A stretch of DNA of 62,492 nucleotides, filler included, from Rhabdomonas costata (Eukaryota): NCBI GenBank assembly GCA_019059605.1. It is 29 parts of 29 records of this genome, joined end to end, with 100 filler letters (N's around TTAATTAATTAA, not from the genome) between each part and the next. Parts side by side here need not be neighbours in the genome. Positions count along the whole stretch, not along the records: positions 10,836 to 12,900 come from JAHMHO010005923.1; positions 13,001 to 15,069 come from JAHMHO010005924.1; positions 15,170 to 17,237 come from JAHMHO010005925.1; positions 17,338 to 19,405 come from JAHMHO010005926.1; positions 19,506 to 21,576 come from JAHMHO010005927.1; positions 21,677 to 23,741 come from JAHMHO010005928.1; positions 23,842 to 25,910 come from JAHMHO010005929.1; 22 more parts are not named here. One strand, 5' to 3'. Position numbers and translations under genes: made by a program. Of this stretch, positions 12,582 through 24,800 are shown one piece after another. Under the pieces are notes generated by a model, which was given only the letters and a program-made list of their open reading frames with translations, did no database searches and had not been told where the DNA came from. Position 1 is the stretch's first letter. Every line of letters begins with the position of its first letter.

Positions 12582-13700
12582 ATCAGAACGAGGGACGCGA
12601 CTGCCTTCTTGGCGACACAAAGAACGCAATGAAAGGAAAAAGAGAAACAGAACTGGTGCAAAGAAAAGAAGTGGAGAAAATCCACTCATGAGGACAGGGG
12701 TACCAGTGATATCTGCGTGTGTCAGCGGCCGTGCCTTTTCGCAAAAGCAGGGGGAGGCTTCTTCTTTCTTTCGACATCACAGATCGGTACGAACTAGCCT
12801 TAGTCCGAAACAAAACAATGCCAGTAAGGCCAGTTGCTGCTCCCAAGGGATTGTTCGAACTGTGAGGACTGTGCCGGCCCAGAGTACTCTAAAACACCAC
12901 NNNNNNNNNNNNNNNNNNNNNNNNNNNNNNNNNNNNNNNNNNNNTTAATTAATTAANNNNNNNNNNNNNNNNNNNNNNNNNNNNNNNNNNNNNNNNNNNN
13001 GTGTTTTTTCAGAAGCGACCTTTCTTGCAGACTTAGGCAAAACAAAAAAAATGTCGCCCGTTGGATGCGTCATCATTGCCATCAATTGCATTCCGTCTGC
13101 GGGCGGTTAGCACGGAGCAAAGCGACGCCGTAGGCAACGAAATGGCACTTTTTGCTGCCGATCTATTGAGGTTTTTGTTGCTCGATTTCAAAATGCCCTA
13201 TCACACAGTAAAAAGGGTCAATAATTCAATATCTTTTGCTTCTCCGTCACCGGAACTCCTCTTACCAGCAGTGAGAGTTGCAAACGTGGTAGGACTTGCA
13301 AACATAAGCGTGGTACCAAAAAAGCGACATTTGGACTGGGGGTTCAAGGATGCTAAAATGTCTCCCAGTGTCAATCATGTCAGCATCAATTGCTGACATG
13401 GATTCAAAGCAATTTGTAAAATATACGGATTCCAAATGTGTGGGGGACCAGAGCTTTGCTTTTTTGCTTTAACACACTTTTGACGCGGGCACATAGTACG
13501 GATCACCGGAGACTTCGGACATTGCCCCACAACTTTTTGATGCGGCCAACATACCTTTCCAGTCCTCTTTCTGATTTCTCTACCTTTAGGTGTCGTTATC
13601 AAGTGGGGAGCAAGCTCCTGTGATTTCTTAATAGATTTTTAATGGATGACTGGGCTGTCTGAACAACGGGGGTATGTTATGGTATATCACGACCACGCAC

Positions 13701-14623
13701 CACGTTCAGCAGCTGTGGCTCGATATGCTCGGGCTTGACCAGCTCCACCAGCTTCACCAGAGCGTTGACCGCGGAGGCGCCCACCTCGACGTTCTTGTCC
13801 ACCAGCAGCTCAAAGGCGTACGGCAGAAAGGTGTTGATCAGCTCTGTGCGCCCACACAATCGCACGGTGACCAACCCACCCAAAGGATCGGCTCCCCGGA
13901 AGAGAAGAAGGCAGCTGCTGAGAGTATGGGCAAAGGCTGCAGCTGAGAGGTTGGGTTTTTCCGACAGGAATGGCGCGTGAAAGGTGTCCGCAGAAAAGAA
14001 GGTCAAGGCTGTAAGAGTAGGGTCTTCGGATCAAAAAGCCAAAGCGGGAAGAGTCGCCATATCGAATGCCCAAAGATAGCATAGTGGTTTGGAGCACAGT
14101 GAGTGGAGGCCCCACTGAAATCCTCCGAGCTGCACAATGCTGGAACAGGAGTCCACATTTCCCGTCTGAAAAACACTGACGATACAATATGAAAATGAGT
14201 AAAAGAAAAACAGGTGAAACGTTACCCACATGGTTCGACAAACGTGACATAGGCAGCCGTTCTTACATCCACTGAGGGGGCACTTAAGGGGGGTTTGTTT
14301 TATTCTCTCTCTGCCACTTTGGCAGGCATCAGCACAGCACTGCTGGCGCAGAAATAAGCAGGCTTTCCCCGTGACTGCTGATGGAGGTGCACGTGCGCGT
14401 TAGCGTGTGTGTGTGTGTGTGCGTGTGCGTGCGTGTCTGAGTGTGACATCTGTCGTGTGCCGCAGTTTCTCTGAGGAAGGGACAGAAAACAGTATGTGCA
14501 TAGACAAAACAATACCATTGTAGCCCTTCTCCCCGCCCTTATCAATGAGGAAGATGGAAAGCGGGTACAGCTGCTCCACGAACATCTGCCTCACCGCAGG
14601 CTCCGCGTCGGCAACGAAATTGG
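13701..14623 (-). CDS. HEAT-repeat phosphatase scaffold (PP4R1/PP2A-A-like), internal exons
   Basis: Exons 14623-14516 and 13843-13701 join in phase 1: NFVADAEPAVRQMFVEQLYPLSIFLIDKGGEKGYN|ELINTFLPYAFELLVDKNVEVGASAVNALVKLVELVKPEHIEPQLLNV. HEAT motifs D.EP.VR and L.D....V are present. Confidence 0.7.
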
Positions 14624-15445
14624 CTGAAAACAGGACAGTAATATTCATAATTGAGTGAATATCGATACGCCCGAGTGCCCTGCACGTGGAAGATCCACGC
14701 AAACCAGGCACAGAATTTCAGGTGGAGATTCCATTTGCGTCTTCCAGTGTGATAATGCCCGCGAGAAGGGAGAAGCACGCCATATTCAAGTCTGCCAATA
14801 TTCAAAACAAAAACGTTGGATGCTGGGACCCTCATCTCCCACCGGCACTATGTTCCAAAAGACCCGTTTGTCCGATCCCTCTCGCGGGAAAGGGTGCGTT
14901 CATTTTCAGAAACTCTGCTTACGCTGCATTCTCACAGTTCAACGCTCGCACTCGCGTGCCAAAAATGGACTCGGCTCCCTGTTGTCCTGAATGCTTGATG
15001 GTGAGACAAGGGACACAGCATTTGTGCTCTTCTGAGAGACACCTACGCGGCATCCTGCCCCCCCCCCCCNNNNNNNNNNNNNNNNNNNNNNNNNNNNNNN
15101 NNNNNNNNNNNNNTTAATTAATTAANNNNNNNNNNNNNNNNNNNNNNNNNNNNNNNNNNNNNNNNNNNNGTGGTTGGGAGGGTGTAGTGTGTATTTTAGG
15201 CTGCTTTGGGGGAGATTGGTGGAGGGCCTTTCAGCCATCCACCCCATCGGTTCTCGACCGCCCTTCCTTCCAATCAAAAGCTTCCAAGGAGGAGAAGAGC
15301 GTTGACCTGCTGTTGTTCCACGACGTTGCCTCCGTGTCTACGATATTCTTTTTGATATATCTTCGGTTTCCTACCTCCGACTTTTTGGAACGGTGCGCGT
15401 TGTGTGTGTTGGGGCGTCCCTGTGTGAGCGCGAAAAGAAGCAAAA

Positions 15446-17003
15446 ATGCTGAGCCCGGTGCAGTACAGCCCGATCAGCCCGCTGTCGCGGCCGCGGGATC
15501 TGAGGTGCGGGGAGGCCCACTCGTCGTTCTCGGAGCTGCGGGTGCCGCCCCGCCCGAAGGTCTTCCAGGGCACCTTCCAGCTCACCAAAGGTGTGCGTGC
15601 ATAGCTGTGCTGTGGCCTTTGCTCTTTGCTTTTACGCGCTCGCTCAGCTTAGGGGAGGACGCTCCCTCAGCGCTTTCCACTTTCATTGTAGTTTTCGACA
15701 TTTCGCTTCATTGTATTTTTCTTTTGCACAAGCACCCCCCGATGCCGTCACACCGGCTTCTGCCCTGCAAAGCCTGAGACGGGGACGATTGTGTTTGAGG
15801 AAGTGGGGCTTCAGAAGGGTCAACTTCACTTTGACCTCCTTCAGTCCTCCCTACCAATATGACCTCAAGCTCAACATTTCTCAGAAGGTGGTGAGCATCA
15901 GAAGTTTATGGTTTCGTACCTGTGAGCCGGACTCTGGTCTGCCCCTCGCGCAGGACCCATCGTCAGCGCGGCGCCTTCCGCTGCTAAGCTGGTCAAGGCC
16001 ACCTTTCCGAACTCCTTTGGTTGCTGCTCCACCCACCCACCCATTTCAGCTTCCCCTCCTAAGAGGGATTCTCTATTTTTCAAAACTTCTTTGGTTCAAC
16101 ACATCGTTGGTTCAAGGTATCGCCCTGGGGTTTCTTCCGCAAATACCGGTTATTCCACTCTCTGTCCGTCTGCCTCAGCTCCCATCAGCAGTTTTAGCAG
16201 TTTTAGAGACGTATGGCGAGTACACCGAGGAATAAGCTGTAGCGGACGATTGCCCACCCCTTTCTGGTCGGCTTGAAGTCATTCTCCCTTTTTGTCGCAC
16301 CCCACACTCGCGCCTGCTCTGGAGAGGACGGTGGAAAAGTCACACGTTCTTCCTCATGCGTACACTTTCAGGTTGAGAGCGGGTGAAAGTCCACCGCAAA
16401 GCAATGCCACACTCACGCACTATCTCACTCACTCAGTGGTGTCTCTTTTCTCGTCCGTCTCTCACAGCGGGGCATGTGCTGCAGTTTGAGCCGAACCGCT
16501 CCGCGGTGACGATGGGGAGGCGGATGAGCGTCGGCGTGGTCTTCGCCGGGGGGCCCATCCCTGGGCTAGAGTACCTGGTGTGGCGTGGAGGCGGGGAACG
16601 CCGGGTGGATGGGCTCGGTTAGTTTCGGGTGGTTTGGCTTTCGGTTAGATCTGGTGCGGAATTTTTTCACTCTGCTGCATTCCCGAGGCTCGGTGCAGGT
16701 GTCAGAGGTGTGCTTTGGCACGTTGTGTTGGCACCACCGTCGATGTAGTGTAAAGCGCCTTGTGCCATGTGCTGCGCTCATGGGCAGTGGGTTTCGAGCA
16801 CGGAAGACGATCGGCAAGAGGATGGGGGGAAATCCTCGAGAGCATCGCCATTCTCTCACACACTGACGTGCACTCATAGCCAGTGAGGTCTCGCGGTGCG
16901 GGCTCTATTGGAGTCTATATTAGTTTCCCCCATCGTTTTTCTTCAGCTCATTGGGCTGTACGCCTACCTGCATGACTGGAACAGCAAGTCCGAGCTGTAC
17001 GCG
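15446..17003 (+). CDS. Pyrophosphate-dependent phosphofructokinase (PFP)-like protein, first four exons
   Basis: Exons 15446-15590, 15954-16019, 16468-16577 and 16947-17003: ...PKVFQGTFQLTK|GPIVSAAPSAAKLVKATFPNSF|AGHVLQFEP...SVGVVFAGGPIPGLEYL|LIGLYAYLHDWNSKSELYA. This is colinear with the long-clade PPi-PFK N-terminus (P.VL.G.F....GP......LFP..FG ... GVVLSGGQAPGGHNVI.G.FD.L......LYGF). Confidence 0.75.
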
Positions 17004-17107
17004 GTACATCCCGTTTCCTTTTTTCCCCAACTTTTTTTTGCAGGAGACGCCATAGATGTGCGTGCTTGAGGGTGGTAACTGTCTCCGTGTGTGTGTGTGT
17101 GTGATGA

Positions 17108-17227
17108 CTGTTTTGAGCCACGGCCACTGTGGTCACAACACGGCATTTTAGGTCCCGCTAGCCACGTTTTCGTCGTGGCGGTTCTGTAAAGCCGTGTTGT
17201 GACCACAGTGGCCGTGGCTCAAAACAG
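17108..17227. repeat. 37-bp perfect inverted repeat at contig end
   Basis: ctgttttgagccacggccactgtggtcacaacacggc (17108-17144) is the exact reverse complement of 17191-17227. The 46-nt loop contains an inner gccacg/cgtggc stem. Confidence 0.95.
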
Positions 17228-19706
17228 CCACCACACCNNNNNNNNNNNNNNNNNNNNNNNNNNNNNNNNNNNNNNNNNNNNTTAATTAATTAANNNNNNN
17301 NNNNNNNNNNNNNNNNNNNNNNNNNNNNNNNNNNNNNGTTGGGGGTGGGGCGCCCTCTAACGAGTGTTAGACGTTAGACACACGTTCTCCCTGGGATTCC
17401 AACAGAAGCGTTGCAGGGGGTTGGGAAGGCGACACATGTGCTGCAAATCGGTGACCTCCAGTTTTTCGACAACATGAGCACACTGAATCTGAAGATTGGA
17501 ACGCAGGACACGACTTGATCACGACACCTGCTTGCACCTTTTCCTTTTCCTTCGATGCTTCGCTTGGCCTGGTGTGCTCCACTTTGTTTTTAAAAAGGGA
17601 CTGTTGATTTCCGCTTCCGCTTTTCTTTTCTTTTGAAAACCACAACCACAAAATGGCGGTGACGTGTGGTGTGAGTGTGGTGACCAAAAAGCTGTGCCGG
17701 AAAACTCTTAACGGGATCCTCAGGGGACTCTCCGCGCACCAAATCGAGCAGGAAAGTGTGTTCCTTTTTGAAGCGCTGAGAAAACGCCTCAAACCACACA
17801 CCTACAATCCATTGTGTGAAAATGCCATTCCTCATATAAAAAACATTCCTCTGTCGTCTGGAAACTGTCCGGATGGTTCGAAAACGTGGCCACTTGGCTC
17901 GTAAATGTTGGTTAACTGTTGATTGTTATGCATGTGAGACCCGCCAAGGGGCAACGACAACCGGCAGGGTAAAAGTTCATAATCTTCTGACCCCAAGGAC
18001 CAGCCACGCAGCGTTTCGGCAGGCCTGCATCTTTAAGAAAAGACCCCAGGCCTGCTTCGGCGTAGCCCTCATCAAGTATATTTTCGTGTTGTGTATGTCA
18101 CCTCAACTGACGAATGTTGATGATTGCGTTCACTGTTGTCTTTCAGCTCAAAGTTTTCATTTGTGAATGCCGGAAAACCTCACCGGTGATTTGATACCCT
18201 GCAGAAGTTAAAGAATGTGGTTGGTTTTGTTGTCTTTCATCCGCCTCCACTTACCCCGCTTCATCGGCCACCCCCGCTGACTGGGTTCGTCCTCAAGTCT
18301 TCAAGTCTTCAAATAACCTGTTCCATGCCTAAGGATTGGTTTGAGACAACCGGAACTGGTTATGAAAATTACACTCTTTGAAACGGAAACTCGCGGAAAT
18401 CAGCACATTTCGTTATACGCTGCCAATTACATTTCAAGTCCGGGCAACGTGTGCAACAAAAACCTTGAGGTACTAACAAACCAGCACCATGTACACGTTG
18501 GGAAAACGCACTTTGATGAAAGCAGTAGGTCACATTATCTGCTCGATCTCGATCTTTTATCTTTTTTCAGCAGTTTACAAGATTCTCACCGGTGTAAACG
18601 CTTCGACGTTTCGACGAGTTCATACACGCCCCCCCCCTCTCTCTCTCCCTCTCTTTGTTTTTGTTGGGCAGGTAATGCTGTTGCTGCAATCGTGCGGACG
18701 ATGCCTTGGTTTCGCAGCTCCCAGAACGTCGGTATTGATCAGCGTGTCATAATTTCGCTTTCTCGGAATCCCGGAACCCCGCGGAATCGGCGATATCGCA
18801 TCTTTCAAACTCACCGAAACACAGCCTTTAAGGCGCAACCGCTTTTTTCATTTCCGCTTTTCAATATTCGAGTGAGTTTGAGTTTTGATGTCTTGTTTTT
18901 TTTGGGGGGGGTCACTTCTTCCCCGTTAAATACAGCGGGCAACGTGGGGTGAGAGTGACTTGCAATCCTACAGGCTTAACAGGCATAAAAGATTGCATCT
19001 GAAAGTGTGGTTTTGGCTGGAATTGGGAAGTCGCCCAGTTGGTGTGCCGTTTTGACCGTGGCGTTTCCCGACGCTGCTCGGGTTGCCCAGGCATTTACCT
19101 AAGTACTGCGATGGAGCTGAGCACGACTGAACTGGTGATGGAGCTGTTGGACCGTCGGGCGGCTGACTCGGGAGGCTTGTGTGCGCGCTTGTACGAGTCT
19201 GGGGGCATATTCCTTCTTTCGTACCGAATTGGTTAACCCAACGTGTGAGGGCACCCCCCCTCGTCCCACATACGCGTTGCTTTTGCGCGTAGGGCGTACT
19301 CTATCCCTTGCGGGAACAATTATTTATTGGGGAAGACCTTATTTTTCGAGGTGTCACCTTGCGGGATAAACCGCCGAAACGCTGCACTAACGTTTGACTG
19401 CGTAGNNNNNNNNNNNNNNNNNNNNNNNNNNNNNNNNNNNNNNNNNNNNTTAATTAATTAANNNNNNNNNNNNNNNNNNNNNNNNNNNNNNNNNNNNNNN
19501 NNNNNATTTGAGCACCCGCTCCAGGCCGGTGAGTCCGAGTGGACCGTATGAATTAGGCAAATACTGAAGCTTTGTAATTCACACGGAAACTCAGGTAGGG
19601 CTTGAAGGCCACAGCTGGTGTCGCTTCGGACACAAATCCTCCCTCTAACCGACAGCAGCCACGTACAGCAGAAGACCAGAAGTGCATTGCACAGGGCAAA
19701 CACTAA

Positions 19707-19726
19707 ACACACACACACACACAGAA

Positions 19727-19754
<28 letters not shown>
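19707..19754. repeat. (CA)n microsatellite
   Basis: Interrupted CA dinucleotide run. Similar CA/GT runs occur near 14406, 31329, 39587, 42447 and 42670. Confidence 0.9.
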
Positions 19755-19760
<6 letters not shown>

Positions 19761-20151
19761 ACGCAAGACTGGGCACGGCACTGACTGTACAGAATGATGG
19801 TGATGGTGTCTGTAGAGCACAGCACTGCAAGTGGTGGCAAAGAAAAAAGAGTGGCAAAGCAAAAAGCAGAGGAAGAAAGCAGAGAGGCAAGTACAATGGA
19901 GCACGTGAAGTGACGAAAAGAAAATACAGGGGTGGGCCTCACCGGAAGAAAGAGGCCAACTAACGGCAAGCAAATGAATGATCATTCCTCATGAGGAGGA
20001 ATGAACGGACGAAAAAATGGGCAGAGAGATAAATGGAGCACCAGGCACCCAAGGAACAAGGAAGAGGAGAGAAGAGGACAGGAAAGGACCAGAATGGAGC
20101 AGGCGTGACCTCCAGCTATCTCCCACTGCCCTTCATCCCGCCACCACCAAC

Positions 20152-21262
20152 TCACGAGCCCAGTGGGCCCCGAGACCACGGGAAGAACAGGATTATCACC
20201 GAAATGTTGTCTGTGGAGCCGCATTCCAGGGCCTGCATGAAGGGAAAAGGGAGGGAATAAAATGAGTCAAAGTCAGTCAAGGTCAGACAAAGTCCTTCAG
20301 TCATTGGTGCCCAACCCATCTGCAGAACCCACCCCCACCTCATGCGTAATTGTAAGGAAGGCGTCGAAAAGCAGAGGACCTGCTGACATGCGCCCTGCTG
20401 TTCCATCTCGCCACGTTCGCTAAGTACTTCAAAACTACACATAGGTTATTACGCGATTCGAGCTTCAGTTGTACTAGGTACTCATTTTTTATTGCGGTGT
20501 TCCTGTCCAAGACTGTTTGCAGGGTTTGCCGGCAACCAAACTGCTCTAGATGGCCCCCCAAGCAAAGCCGTTGATTCTATAGAGTCCATGCTTGTGAGCC
20601 CACATTTTCCCGCGGCGGCTTTACCTGTATTAACAAGTTCAATTTTGTACCGTATGCAACTTTGCCGCCAGATGCTTTGTATTTACATTTTGGGTGGGTG
20701 GGGGGCAGCGGGTCAGGTGGGTCCACGAGGTATTGGCATATATGCTGAGGTGCACGCACATCTTCACGCGTCGTGATCCGTGATCTGGTCCACACGTTAT
20801 CACGGGACATGTTGCTTGACAAACAGAGCGGTGTTTTGGGCCCAAATACAAGTAGTAGCGTCCCCCACTCCCATTTCTGGGGAGACTTTTGACGGTTGGT
20901 GAGGGCCCAGAGGTTACTTACAGGTTGAGACAGTGGAGATTGGCCCATTTGGAAGTTTCCCCAGAAGTGAGGTGTGAGAAACGTCTCCGCCATCACTACG
21001 TCAGCTCCTGGAACTCATATGCATGTGGTGATTAGAATAGACGTTTGGAATTGTTTGTTTGGAGAAATAGAATCGGGTGGGGGACAGGGCGGGCTGGGTG
21101 CAGGGCCTTGTCGATAAGAGCGTCACAGATAATCTGGTAGTTCTCGAAGTGCTCCTCGTCATCCTCATCGTCCATCCCACCCTCGCCCTCGCCGCCCCCG
21201 CTGCAGGGCTGGTGCCCTTCCATGCAGGGCGCGACCCCACCTCCAGAGCAGGCGCCATTGCC
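20152..21262 (-). CDS. PP2C/PPM-type protein phosphatase, last two exons
   Basis: Exons 21262-21107 and 20232-20152 join across a GC-AG intron: ...DDEEHFENYQIICDALIDK|ALECGSTDNISVIILFFPW...*. L...AL..GS.DNISV is the PP2C C-terminal metal-binding motif. Confidence 0.82.
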
Positions 21263-21494
21263 CTGAAGCAGCGATTGAACCCCCCGAATTCGATAACGTA
21301 CCCGACCGCATTATCCTTTATCGCATTTCCAGCGGTGTTGCTAAGCACGCACACAGCTTCACAGCCATCCGTGCAGGACAATAATCAGGCATTGGGCCTG
21401 TGATAAAGTTTGCCCAAGTCACTGTCCTGTCAAGATAACGTAAAACAGCATGTGTTTCTTTTCACCTTTGTGACGCTCCTTACGTGTTTTTTTT

Positions 21495-21574
21495 GTTTGC
21501 TTGTTTGCTTGCTTGCTTGTTTTTTGTTAGTTAGTTTGCTTGCTTGCCTGTTTGCTTGTTTGCTTGCTTGCTTG
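21495..21574. repeat. Degenerate (GCTT/GTTT)n tetranucleotide repeat
   Basis: tgtttgcttgtttgcttgcttgcttg... runs to the contig end. Confidence 0.85.
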
Positions 21575-22151
21575 AANNNNNNNNNNNNNNNNNNNNNNNN
21601 NNNNNNNNNNNNNNNNNNNNTTAATTAATTAANNNNNNNNNNNNNNNNNNNNNNNNNNNNNNNNNNNNNNNNNNNNGGGTGGGTGGGGAGGGAAGCGATC
21701 TTATTACCCCATTTGTACGAGGAAAAGGTTGGGTTTTTAACTTGAGATCTTGAAGGGTTTTTTTGGACGTGTTGACACAGTTGTGTGGTTTTTCGCTGCA
21801 GACTTGAGATCCAGCCAAATGTCGAGTCCATCGGGGCGGCCACCGACGGAGTTGTTTTTGACGAGACCTTCCAAGCTGGTGGCGCGCTTCCTTGAGTTCC
21901 TGTCTTCGATTTAAACAATTATTAACACAACCAGTGACTCAATCAATCACGCGATAACTCCAACATCCAACACCAACACAAGGGAGAAGCTAGAGGGCAA
22001 TGCTACTGCAGTCGTGGCTCCTCTTCTAACAGTGAAAACCCCCTGATCTAACTACTTTGTGTAATTGCTCTCCCCGTCAATGTCTCCCAGGTTGGGCAGG
22101 CCCTGGCATACCATTTTTGTTCTTACTCAACTGCCGTCCTTCTGGCGTCAG

Positions 22152-23591
22152 ATGTGGAAGACAGCGCCAATGACGCCGCCTACCCCATTGTAGTGTTCTC
22201 CAGTATTGTGCTGAGGCGGGCTGTGTCTGGCCCCAACTGCGCACCCGCGGCTGCCCTGCTGGAGTTCATTCATTGGGCCTCCACCAACGTCACATCCTCG
22301 GAATTGGTCCTTGACTGCAATGGGGGGCGGGGTGGCTGAGGAGACTGTGGTTGAAAATGATAAGTGGGATGAAACCAAGGCTGGCATATGTTCATACTCT
22401 GTCCCTCCCACCTTCCGGATGGAGCGAGGAATGACCTTGGTGAAGTGGGATCGGTTCCGTTGGCAAAGCGGGCAAAGAAGGCAAAGAAAAAAGTGTGTTG
22501 TGCGGGGCCCCTACCGTCAAATCGGGTTTTTCTCGCGGGGGTGCTGGAAATTGCGTTTTCACCTCGATTTGATGGTATTGGGTCTTTTTGGGTGCGCAGA
22601 TAATTGTACGCTGAAAAATGCCCTTTATGTCCTTTGGAATGTCCTATACAGGTTAAGATTAGGCTGTGGCTAAAACCGAGCTTGGGTTGGACTTCTATTT
22701 GAAATCAGGAGTGCAAAAAATGCGTTTTTATGTGTATATGCCGGTTTTAAAGCAGGAGGGGAATTCCTTAAATCAACAAAACGCTCACCTGACTGCGTCC
22801 CGGATGGACCGGGACGTGATTAGCTCATGTTGTGTGCATCGTATTTTTATAAGGGGCAGTGAGGTGCGGAGTGAAGTGATAGGGACTCAATTAATTTGCA
22901 AGAACGGAACTGTTTTGCTTTCAGGGTCGCAGTGATGCGAGGGTGACGACTCAAGCGAGAGAAACAATAAGCCCCCGTTAAAAATGGTTTACTGTCTGGA
23001 AATGGTTTTTGACCATTAATTCGATTCGGGGGAGATGTTGCCTTCACCCAGTCCTGATTCTCCAAACTCTCAGTGGGGCTGAACAGGGCGAGGGGGGTCT
23101 CAGCCCAAGTAATAAAACGTTCAATTCTCTAGAATTTTCTAATCTTTCTAGAGTGATGGTTACTCACCAGTTTTCACTCAAACGCGCGCGCAGCGAAAGC
23201 AAGAGAGCAGAAGGGGACGTCGTCTGTCACAAGAAACCTGCACATGACGACAGCAGCAAAGTGTGTCATGAACAGTCTGTCAACCTGTCAACACACAAGA
23301 CCTGTACAGAACAATGTTTCCTCTCTTTTCGTCAAAACATCGGTCGGCTTTGGTAGCTCCCTGCTTTCAAGTTCCCTGTGCGTTTAGATGGAGTACCTGG
23401 GATTTGCCCCCGCGTTGGGGGAGGAGTCGGAGCAGCTCACCGCTGTGCTGCGCACGCTGACATGCGCTGGGAAGACTCTGATTCCCCCACTACCCGCTCC
23501 TCCGGCCCTCAACCTGGTCCCCATACTGGTCCCCATCGCGGCCTTCCTGCTCATTGCCGGGGGCATTTCCTACCTTGTTTGGCGGTACATG
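22152..23591 (+). CDS. Single-pass receptor with PstS-like periplasmic-binding-protein domain, internal exons
   Basis: Exons 22152-22306 and 23388-23591: DSANDAAYPIVVFSSIVLRR....NCAPAAALLEFIHWASTNVTSSEL|MEYLGFAPALG...LRTLTC...LVPILVPIAAFLLIAGGISYLVWRYM. The AYPI...L..F..W...GF.P pattern is the PstS C-terminus, followed by a TM helix and stop-transfer WR. Confidence 0.7.
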
Positions 23592-24633
23592 GTGCTTTGG
23601 CCTTCTGCTTTTTCCCCTACTGCATTTCGAAGGGTCTTCTCAGTGCTCCCCGTGCGCTTTCGCAGTACAACGAGCTGCACAGTGGAGCACTGAAGAAGAC
23701 CCTTCGAAATGCAGTAGGGGAAAAAGCAGAAGGCCAAAACANNNNNNNNNNNNNNNNNNNNNNNNNNNNNNNNNNNNNNNNNNNNTTAATTAATTAANNN
23801 NNNNNNNNNNNNNNNNNNNNNNNNNNNNNNNNNNNNNNNNNTGTTGGGGTGGCGCTTCTGCCTAATTGCTGCAACATGTCGGGAACGCTATTTAGCTTGT
23901 GGGTTTGTTGTACACTCGCGGGTTAGTTTACTTTTTAGGTTCTGGTTTTGGAAATCCAAAAAACGCTGAGGCGATTCTTCACACACACAGTCACACGGGA
24001 CGGGACGGCACGGGACGGCATGCAAGTTCCAAAGATATCCCATTGCGCACCCGAGGGAGGAGCACGTAGAACGAACCCGCATAGAGACGGACCCAGTGCG
24101 CAGAAGTAAAAGCGTACGATCGAGCATCGCAAGCAGCCCCCCAAGAAAGGAGTGTCGCGTCGCAGAGACCTGAGTCGCAATGGAGCAATGGAGGTAGCCA
24201 CTGGAAAAGAGCAGCTGCGCAACAAAGGCCGGGGACCCGTGGGGCTGAAGGGAGGTTACCAGATGTGGAACGTTCGGCGGTGAGGCGGTTCCGGCACCGC
24301 TCGTTCTAACGGCACCTCTCGCGAGCACCCGTGGCCAACAAGCGCGTGCGCCAGTCAGTCCACAGTGGTCGCCAACCACCAAGCAACCAGCCAAGCAGGC
24401 AACCGCCAGCGCGCAATGCGCCCAACACAGTCTGGATATGATCTGTCAACCTATGAATCTTCTCCATCGTTCTCGCTTATCATGTTTACAGTCCGTAGTC
24501 AAAGCCACGCCTGTTGTAAGTGCTTGCCCCGACCACCTGGGTTTGCATGAGAGGTATGAATGCAGTTTCCAATACCCTTCTCTTTTGATACGCTCGTTTG
24601 TACGTGTGTGCGTGCGATGTGTGTGGTGTGCAG

Positions 24634-24800
24634 GCCACGGGCTGTGCGACGACGTGGCGCAGTGCCACTGCTTCAGCAACGCCACTGCGGGGTTCTGGAG
24701 GGGCACGGCGTGCGACCGCTGTGCCGCGGGCTTCGCGGGGTTCTCCTGCCGCGACCGCTGCGTGCAGTACGCCACATGCCTCAGCAGCACCGCGAGCCAG
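24634..24800 (+). CDS. EGF/laminin-EGF-like exon of a surface protein
   Basis: AG/GT-bounded GC-rich exon: GHGLCDDVAQCHCFSNATAGFWRGTACDRCAAGFAGFSCRDRC. A possible downstream IPT/TIG-like exon (GTVPVTITGRDLG) starts near 25424. Confidence 0.75.

Noticed and set aside
15845..15890. AG/GT-flanked candidate extra exon in the PFP gene
   Set aside because: Its 43- or 46-nt length would shift the frame, and direct joining of 15590 to 15954 restores the PFP-like alignment.
17338..19405. Possible exons (17653-17904, and MELSTTELVMELLDRR at 19110)
   Set aside because: No recognisable motif and no consistent splice chain could be built.
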